A stretch of 24,974 nucleotides of DNA from positions 1 through 24,974 of the forward strand of contig JACZXR010000001.1 in the NCBI GenBank assembly GCA_022571535.1, given 5' to 3'. Of the stretch, positions 19,087 through 24,974 are shown in pieces. A model generated the notes under the pieces. It did not search any database and had not been told where the DNA came from. It saw nothing but the letters and a program-made list of their open reading frames with translations. Both the position numbers and the translations under genes were made by a program. Source of the DNA: Deltaproteobacteria bacterium. Lineage in GTDB: Bacteria; Desulfobacterota; Binatia; UBA9968; CAXXLF01. Within the stretch, counting starts at the first letter, position 1. The number at the start of each line of letters is the position of its first letter.

Positions 19087-19799
19087 ATGGGGATAGGGAG
19101 GGGCCTCACGGCCTCCCCCCTCCCACACCACCGTACACACAGGTCACGTATACGGCGGTTTCGGCAGATTGGGTCGATGTAATGTGCAGTACCCCAACCG
19201 GAGTGTCTTTGCTCGTATCGCCAGGCGTGGGTTCATCCCAGACGCCGAATCTCAGTCCAACGCCTCGCCGGATGCCATCTCGCACCTCCGCCACAAGTGA
19301 CGACTCCTCTCTTTTGATCCCTTCCGGGAACCGTTCGGGCCTTCGTCTGCAATCGTTACGGCTCGGCCTATCTGTTGCTCCACCTTTCGGCCCGGAGTGC
19401 CTCACTAGCTTCGCCTGCCTGCAGCCTATTATGCCCTCTGCTGACTTCTCCTATGGGGTCAACATCGATTGCTCGATGTTCAGCCAGTTTCCGTCGCACG
19501 TGACTTCCCAGGGCACATAGGAGATCTCCCCGGGTAAGACACAAAACTCTCCGTGCGTAGACGCCGGATTTATAAAGCCCACCCAATGCGCGGATGGAGG
19601 ACTTCGTTGTCACGTGCCAACTCGTCCCGGGGTACCACACCTCCTATCCGGTTCCTGTTCGTCGCCCCGCACTTTTGGATTGGTCTTCCTTCAGACCCCA
19701 CCTCACGATGACGCTCTTGCCCTTCTCCTAGCCTTCGGCTCCGCTTACACCTGGCGTCAGGACTTTCACCCGACTAGTTCTGTGCCATGCCCGGCACAC
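19087..19799 (-). mobile_element. ORF-less class IIC group II intron (713 nt) inserted in attC site 2
   Basis: 5' end GTGTGCCGGGCATGGC. IIC-type domain V ACCGCCGTATACG...GTACGGTGGT (19127-19159) with the CGC triad. Domain VI and 3' end GGGAGGCCGTGAGGCCCCTCCCTATCCCCAT. GAGAAGTCAGCAGAGG and GAAGGCCCGAAC flank DIII. No reverse-transcriptase motifs in any frame. Confidence 0.9.
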
Positions 19800-19856
19800 A
19801 CGCCCAGCATCAGCCGCCGCGCCGCTAGGCGTGGTCGGCTGCATGCAAAGTTAGGA
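19800..19856 (-). mobile_element. attC site 2 (interrupted; the rest of R' lies at 19081-19086)
   Basis: - strand: TCCTAAC TTTG CAT[G]CAGCCG...CGGCTGATG CTGGGC GT | intron | GTAGGT. It begins 15 nt after the stop of the upstream cassette gene. Confidence 0.85.
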
Positions 19857-19871
19857 GGCAGCCTGGCTTAG

Positions 19872-20834
19872 TTAACACGAGAGCACTCTAGCGACCTCGG
19901 TCAAGTCCGAGAAAACCTCAACCCTGTATTTCTCACGCAAACCCGTCTCCTCGGTCACCCTCGCCCAGAATCGCTCGACGACTACGGCGTCACAATATGG
20001 TATCGCCGTCACTAAGTGGCCGATATCGCTGACGTCGTTTGACTTTATGGCCCGCGACCACTGGCGATCGCGGTAGAGTGTCAACTCGCAGTCAACATCG
20101 AGGGACGGTACACGGGACCAGAACTCCATCAAACCGTCTAGCCCAAGACCAAGGAAGTCCTCGAATGTCTTACCAATGGCGGTGAGGGCGGCAGTGATGT
20201 AGTGTTGCAGATCATAAGTGTACCCAGCAAGTTGTGCCCGCCTGTGCACAACCTTGTCGTAGGGTTTTCTCACCGCCCGCACAGATTCTGCGGCCTGAGC
20301 GTTCGGCCTGCCCAGCTCGGAAATATGTTGCTTCTGCCGAATCCGTCCAGGCTCGTTAGGAAACGTCAACAAATCGAATAACGCCTCGGGCTGCGCCGCG
20401 AACCAACTTAAGCGTTTCAGGTCCAGATCGCTCCAATGCGCGGGAAACTCGCTACGTCCCCTCGGACCGACTCCAAATAAGAATCCACGGCCCAACGTTT
20501 CCGGCGGAGGAGGCATTTCCGACGATCCGAAGGTTTGGGACACTGCTCGTGATATCTCGATGGGCAGTATGTCGTTCCAAGCGGCAATGAACCACCGACG
20601 ACTGAACCGTTCAAAGACTTCAGCTAGGCGCTCGCGCCTGCCGGGCTCCTCCGCTCGCAGATGTTCGATCAGATGGATCACGCCGAGAGGCAGCCGAACC
20701 TCATCACGATCGACTCGGCTCAGGAGGTCCTCCGCCACCGACTTGTGAGCAGGCTTGTGGGGCCTACCCCAGAACGCTTTGGCAAGGTAGATCCAATGAT
20801 TCTGATCGAGAAAGATGTATCTCGGATTCGACAC
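19872..20834 (-). CDS. Hypothetical PIN-like domain protein, cassette gene
   Basis: YIFLDQNHW at the N-terminus and NDVSDIGHLVTAIPYCDAVVVE near the C-terminus resemble the PIN acidic tetrad with a large insertion (inference). GTG 20834 follows AGGA. The track's start at 20873 lies inside attC3. Confidence 0.7.
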   Translation of the reverse strand: MSNPRYIFLDQNHWIYLAKAFWGRPHKPAHKSVAEDLLSRVDRDEVRLPLGVIHLIEHLRAEEPGRRERLAEVFERFSRRWFIAAWNDILPIEISRAVSQTFGSSEMPPPPETLGRGFLFGVGPRGRSEFPAHWSDLDLKRLSWFAAQPEALFDLLTFPNEPGRIRQKQHISELGRPNAQAAESVRAVRKPYDKVVHRRAQLAGYTYDLQHYITAALTAIGKTFEDFLGLGLDGLMEFWSRVPSLDVDCELTLYRDRQWSRAIKSNDVSDIGHLVTAIPYCDAVVVERFWARVTEETGLREKYRVEVFSDLTEVARVLSC

Positions 20835-20846
20835 AGTATTCCTGCC

Positions 20847-20900
20847 GCCTAACGTCAAGGCTGAGGAGCGCAAAGCGTCTCCTCAAACCAGTGGTTAGGT
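20847..20900 (-). mobile_element. attC site 3 (intact, 54 bp)
   Basis: - strand: ACCTAAC CACT GGTT[T]GAGGAG [A] CGC TTT GCG CTCCTCAGCC TTGAC GTTAGGC. Canonical R''/R' boxes and two extrahelical bases. Confidence 0.9.
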
Positions 20901-21116
20901 TGGCGTTCCCTCGCCTGTGCTCAGGCCTGCTTTTTGTAGCCACTCACCCATCAGTTTGGTTGCCGCGTCCACGTCATCCTTCAGTTGCTTCAGCCCCTCC
21001 GGATCAGTGAATACGTGCCGCCCATTGTACTCACCTCTCGACAGATCACCTTCCTGAGGGGGAATGCCGTAAGTTGCACCTTTGTGTACCAGTCGTTGGA
21101 GACTATAGGATGTCCC
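20895..21116 (-). pseudogene. 3' fragment of a 5'-truncated cassette gene (73 codons)
   Basis: The frame is open (...LQRLVHKGATYGIPPQEGDLSRGEYNGRHVFTDPEGLKQLKDDVDAATKLMGEWLQKAGLSTGEGTPT*). Its TAA stop lies inside the R'' box (ACC-TAA-C), and there is no start codon after the in-frame TAG at 21117-21119. Missed by the ORF track. Confidence 0.65.
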
Positions 21117-21230
21117 CTATGAAAAAATCATTTTTTACTCGGAACCGTATTGGAAATCTGACATTGACGTTAAGGCCTACAAGAAATTGCAACGCTCAGG
21201 ACAAAGCAGCTGGCTTATTTTTAGTCCTTG

Positions 21231-21521
21231 TTAATCCCGTGCCCGACCGCGGAGTATTTGATACGCTGTCTCTTCATAGATGCTTCTCCGTGGGCCTATA
21301 GCAACGATCTCAGTACCTCCCCCAATAGGACGGTAAATAATTCGGTACCAACCAATTCGCAAACTCCGGTAACCCTCAAGCTCTTTTTTTAGGGGTTTTC
21401 CACAAGCCGGATCTTCAAGGATATCGGTCAGTGCAGAGCGGACTTTACGTTTAAGATTAGGATGTAACTGTCGTATAAGAGCCCGGACCCTGGCTGAGAC
21501 TTTAAGCACCTGAGCCGGCAT
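21231..21521 (-). CDS. RelE/ParE superfamily type II toxin
   Basis: DPACGKPLKKELEGYRSLRIGWYRIIY...IVAIGPRRSIYE. Lies downstream of a Phd antitoxin. Confidence 0.9.
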   Translation of the reverse strand: MPAQVLKVSARVRALIRQLHPNLKRKVRSALTDILEDPACGKPLKKELEGYRSLRIGWYRIIYRPIGGGTEIVAIGPRRSIYEETAYQILRGRARD

Positions 21522-21530
21522 GTGGAGGGG

Positions 21531-21791
21531 CTAGTCAGCGAAGAGTTCTTCAATGGTATAGCGTTTTTTTGTACGCCGGAGCGCCCGTATCCCATCGCGA
21601 ATCTCTTTCATAAACTCAGAATCTTTCAGGATCTCTACCGTTTCCTTCCAACCATCGTACTCGTCTTTACTAACGATGATAGCAATAGGCTTGCCGTTAC
21701 GAGTGATAGTTACCTTCTCATCCCTACGCTCCACAACATCAACAAGCTCGCTAAGTTTAGTTTTAACCTCTGAAAGTGGCAGAACCTTCAT
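21531..21791 (-). CDS. Phd/YefM family antitoxin
   Basis: LSEVKTKLSELVDVV...VTITRNGKPIAIIVS. AGAGGAG ribosome-binding site. Confidence 0.92.
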   Translation of the reverse strand: MKVLPLSEVKTKLSELVDVVERRDEKVTITRNGKPIAIIVSKDEYDGWKETVEILKDSEFMKEIRDGIRALRRTKKRYTIEELFAD

Positions 21792-21812
21792 GCTATCTCC
21801 TCTATCTAATTC

Positions 21813-21830
21813 TGGTCTGAATTACGACCA
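21813..21830. promoter_or_regulatory. Candidate toxin-antitoxin operator palindrome
   Basis: TGGTCTGAATTACGACCA (14 of 18 positions symmetric), about 20 nt upstream of the antitoxin start. Phd-family operons are typically autorepressed at such sites. Confidence 0.5.
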
Positions 21831-21855
21831 ATTCTATCTCGCCCATCTCAGGACG

Positions 21856-24800
21856 TCAAGCTCGCAATACGCCGGGCAGCCTTCTAAGGGCCAAATCGGC
21901 AAGGAAGAAAAAAAGGCCCAGACCAGCGAGTGCCCACCAGGTTTCCTGGGCCGAGCGCCCATAATCTCCCTCAGGCGTAAAGAGTCGCTTGAGCCCTTCT
22001 TCAAAACTTTGTGGATCCAGAATCTCTCCTCCTGTCTCCTCAGCCAAACGGCTGAGGAGAGCCATATTGGGCTTTACCTCACGGTACTCCTTCGGGTAGG
22101 GAGAAATAAAAGGCACCGTCACCGCCGCTGAAGGCTCATTTTCTTTTTCGCCCTGATCGTAGATCGTCAAAAGGTAGATCCCCCGTTGGGGAATAGAAAA
22201 ACGGGCCTCATACCTTCCAGGGGCAACCTGGCGAAATGCCCTCTGCCGAGTGGTCCGGTCGGGTCCCGTCAGAATCCCTCTCAGGCTAAGCTGATTGATA
22301 AAGCGTCCCTGCGCAGAGATAAAATCAACCTGGGCATCCACCTCCTCCCCGACTTGCCGGAACTCGGTCCGTACCCTATTCTCCGAAACCCTCTTCATGA
22401 CGCTCCGAGCAAGTTGACTGACCCACTGAGGGAAGCCTTCCCACCTCACCCAGTCCCTCCCCCATCTCCCGCTCAAGTCCGAGGTGTAGGCAACAACCCT
22501 TCCTAGGCCATAGCGCCAGGAGACCAAGAGGGGATCTTCCTCTACCTTCATGAGAACCTTTGAGAGGGGTTTAGGATGAGTAAGTACATATCCTCGAACT
22601 GTTGGGATCCCCTTTTGCAAAAGGCCCTCCATGGACCCGCCGGTTTGCATCAACTTGGGCTGGACAATTTTCTCCACCAACAAATCCTGTGAGATCAACA
22701 GGGTCTCGGTGGTAAAGATCTGCGGAATGGTCCTGGGATCAACAGTCAGATAACCCCTTCCCTTCCCATCCTTGGCGATCTTTGCCATCAAGGGCAGATC
22801 GGCATCTCGGCCCACCGAGACCGTAGACACCGTAACCCCATCGCTTGTCATCCTCTTAACCAAAGCGGAAAAATCACCCTGATCGGTCAGCCCATCGGAG
22901 AGGACCAACACATGTTTGACGGCTGCGTCTTTTGCAGATAAAGAACGGTACGCCTCAACCATGGCCTTAAAGAGATCTGTCCCCCCGTCTGCCTGAAGGG
23001 ATGAGATACGCTCTGAGATCCATTCTCCCTTGCCCACCCGAGTGAAGGGAACAACCCAATCCCATCCCGCATCAAAGGCTAGCACTCCCACCTGGTCTGA
23101 AGGGCTGAGCAGCTCGGCAGACGCAATGGCTGCCGCCTTGGCCAAGTCCACCTTGGTCGCCCCCCGGGGTCCCTCCCCCATACTCCCTGACTTATCTAGA
23201 ACAAAAAGGAGCGCCACATGGGGAAGTTCAAGGCGCGCAGGGGGTCTCATCTCGACCGGGAGTACCCGCTCCAAGGGGGTTTTATAATACCCCCCTGCTC
23301 CGTAGCTCTTCGGTCCACCAATAACAATCAAGCCACCTCCCAGATCCCTGACATATTTCTCTATAGCCTCCATCTTTGCCTGAGAGAGGCCATACGCCGG
23401 AAGATTGTCGAGAACAAGAAGGTCGAAGGCCGATAGCTCCGGAAGGGACAAAGCGGTCTGTTCCGCAGAGGCCTCAACCACTTCATACCCCTGAACCGAC
23501 AGCACTCGGGCCATCAACCGCTGAGAGTCCTCGAGGGAATGGAGGTAGAGCACCCTTGGAGGACCTTTGACCTTAACCACACCCTTGAGGAGATTGTTCT
23601 CGGCGAGTGTGTCTTGGGGAGACTCTACTAAAAGCTCGATAGTGTGACTCCCTCGATCCACCAGGGTCTCCCTAAAACTAACCAGGTTAGTCCCCGGTCT
23701 TAATACCTTCTGAATCTCTCTCCGGACGACGCCGTCACGCAGCAGTTTTATGCGAGCGGTGGCATCACGGAGGCTTTCGATGACACCCCTCACCTCAAAA
23801 GTCTCCGCGCTGTCCACCTCATGGGGCACAATGAGATCTCTCAGGTAGATCTCGTTTTTACCCTGAAAGAAACTCACCGGGAGCGACCAAACCTGAATGC
23901 CGTGAGACCGGAGAATGGGCAGGACCAGCGAGACCTCACCACGATTCTCGTTGCCGTCGGAAATAAGAAGAACCCTTCCTTCGCGCTCCTCGTTTAGCTG
24001 CGCCATCGCCGCCTGAAGCGCTGCTGCAATATCTGTCTCCCCACGCTCTTCAGGCGGAAAAAAATTTGACAGGGGGAGATCGTCACTGGGGAAAAACTCC
24101 CACGTAGGGCGACGGGCAAAAGAGAGAAGCCCGAACCTGGTCTTTGGACCCTTGAGACGCCGAGCCTTGTCAAGAATTCTTAGTGCACTGTCTTTCCCTT
24201 CCTGCCCCACGCTGCGAGAAAAATCCACCGCAAGCACCACGTCCAATGCGTTGGTAGTCTTAAACACGCTCGGGTTGACAAGGGCGAGAAGGACAGCCAA
24301 AAGGGCAGGGAGACGAAAGAGCAGAGGATAAAAGGATCCACCGCTGCGGAAAACCAAGAACCCTTCAAGAGCCAACAGGGCAAAAACCAAAAGAAGCAAG
24401 AAGGACCAGAGAGGCAATCCCGTCTTGACAACCCCTCCACCCCCTCTCTCTCCCACACCCACGGCCTTCGCCGGGAGCGAGAAGGACGAATTGATCTGGG
24501 ACTCGGCCTCACTGAACAGATTAACGGCGAACTGGCCTTCAATGCTTCCTCCCTTGAACGTATAAAACCCTACCTCCAGGGTGTTGGTAAAAGCCAACAC
24601 CCTGGAGGTCTGTCTCACCTTTTCCTTAAGCCCCGAGGGGGCCTCGATCTGCACCTGGTCATAGACCTCCTTCATGTGAATGGTTTGAAGAGTTCCGGCC
24701 TGAACCTGGGCTGCAGGAAATTCAGCCTTCCCCCGGCCGAACCACTCAAAGGCATTGCTAAAAAGGAGAGGAAAGGAAACTCTAAGCGGTAGGTCGGAAT

Positions 24801-24972
24801 CCAGGAGGTCAAAGCCGAAGACCAGGGCCTTCAGGCTGTCTGTCTCAAGGGCATAGATCAGCGGGGTCTCGCTCGACCGGGCCAGGGTGATCCCCTCGCC
24901 AAGGGGGGAGAGCCGCTGTGCCTCCTTGATATAGAGATTTTCAAGACGAAGCCCTTTAGCCAGAGGATGTCT
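21856..24972 (-). CDS. Large membrane-anchored double-VWA plus GATase1-like domain protein, 5'-partial (continues beyond the window)
   Basis: The frame stays open for 99 codons upstream of the track's ATG 24675, up to the window edge. MIDAS motifs VDFSRS and LDKSGS, SDG motifs, FDLLVLDN...GGGLIVIGG, and internal and C-terminal hydrophobic helices. Confidence 0.88.
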   Translation of the reverse strand, partial: RHPLAKGLRLENLYIKEAQRLSPLGEGITLARSSETPLIYALETDSLKALVFGFDLLDSDLPLRVSFPLLFSNAFEWFGRGKAEFPAAQVQAGTLQTIHMKEVYDQVQIEAPSGLKEKVRQTSRVLAFTNTLEVGFYTFKGGSIEGQFAVNLFSEAESQINSSFSLPAKAVGVGERGGGGVVKTGLPLWSFLLLLVFALLALEGFLVFRSGGSFYPLLFRLPALLAVLLALVNPSVFKTTNALDVVLAVDFSRSVGQEGKDSALRILDKARRLKGPKTRFGLLSFARRPTWEFFPSDDLPLSNFFPPEERGETDIAAALQAAMAQLNEEREGRVLLISDGNENRGEVSLVLPILRSHGIQVWSLPVSFFQGKNEIYLRDLIVPHEVDSAETFEVRGVIESLRDATARIKLLRDGVVRREIQKVLRPGTNLVSFRETLVDRGSHTIELLVESPQDTLAENNLLKGVVKVKGPPRVLYLHSLEDSQRLMARVLSVQGYEVVEASAEQTALSLPELSAFDLLVLDNLPAYGLSQAKMEAIEKYVRDLGGGLIVIGGPKSYGAGGYYKTPLERVLPVEMRPPARLELPHVALLFVLDKSGSMGEGPRGATKVDLAKAAAIASAELLSPSDQVGVLAFDAGWDWVVPFTRVGKGEWISERISSLQADGGTDLFKAMVEAYRSLSAKDAAVKHVLVLSDGLTDQGDFSALVKRMTSDGVTVSTVSVGRDADLPLMAKIAKDGKGRGYLTVDPRTIPQIFTTETLLISQDLLVEKIVQPKLMQTGGSMEGLLQKGIPTVRGYVLTHPKPLSKVLMKVEEDPLLVSWRYGLGRVVAYTSDLSGRWGRDWVRWEGFPQWVSQLARSVMKRVSENRVRTEFRQVGEEVDAQVDFISAQGRFINQLSLRGILTGPDRTTRQRAFRQVAPGRYEARFSIPQRGIYLLTIYDQGEKENEPSAAVTVPFISPYPKEYREVKPNMALLSRLAEETGGEILDPQSFEEGLKRLFTPEGDYGRSAQETWWALAGLGLFFFLADLALRRLPGVLRA

Positions 24973-24974
24973 CT

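Noticed and set aside
19106-19871. ORFs 19106-19405, 19368-19640, 19182-19520 and 19614-19871 as an intron-encoded protein or real genes
   Set aside because: They overlap structured intron RNA domains and have no RT or maturase motifs.
21120-21230. attI, Pc or a fourth attC after relE (CCTTAAC on the - strand)
   Set aside because: There is no complementary L boxes/R' hairpin and no adjacent intI, so it cannot be supported.
2627-21521. Functional link between RtcB repair and the nearby RelE, PIN-like and HNH nucleases
   Set aside because: They are about 14 kb or more apart with housekeeping operons between them, and nothing in the sequence ties them together.
729-24542. Numerous antisense or alternate-frame ORFs in the track (for example 4984-5550, 8128-8877, 17211-17855, 21676-22131)
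   Set aside because: They are shadows of confidently identified genes and have no recognisable motifs.

Overview
A bacterial chromosomal window, mostly housekeeping genes; a Deltaproteobacteria-like or MAG lineage is my inference only. The + strand (1-2267) carries a 5'-partial 2-oxoacid:ferredoxin oxidoreductase beta subunit, lipB and lipA. Everything else is on the - strand. In transcription order it is: a large double-VWA membrane protein running off the window end, a Phd/YefM-RelE toxin-antitoxin pair, an accessory island, era-der-ogt, a nested palindromic repeat, dprA-topA-trmFO-ppx-ABC ATPase, HU, ilvE, an acyl-CoA thioesterase, DHH phosphoesterase-archease-rtcB, and a 7Fe ferredoxin. 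The accessory island (about 17974-21116) is the most notable part. It is an integrase-less integron cassette array (CALIN) with three attC sites and four cassettes: a 5'-truncated unknown gene, a PIN-like protein, an HNH nuclease, and an antitoxin whose toxin appears cut off. The middle attC is split by a 713-nt ORF-less class IIC group II intron. It sits on the TOP strand in the R' box, co-oriented with the cassette genes, which is the opposite of the described IIC-attC introns. It also has a candidate EBS1 (GCGC) that fits this target.
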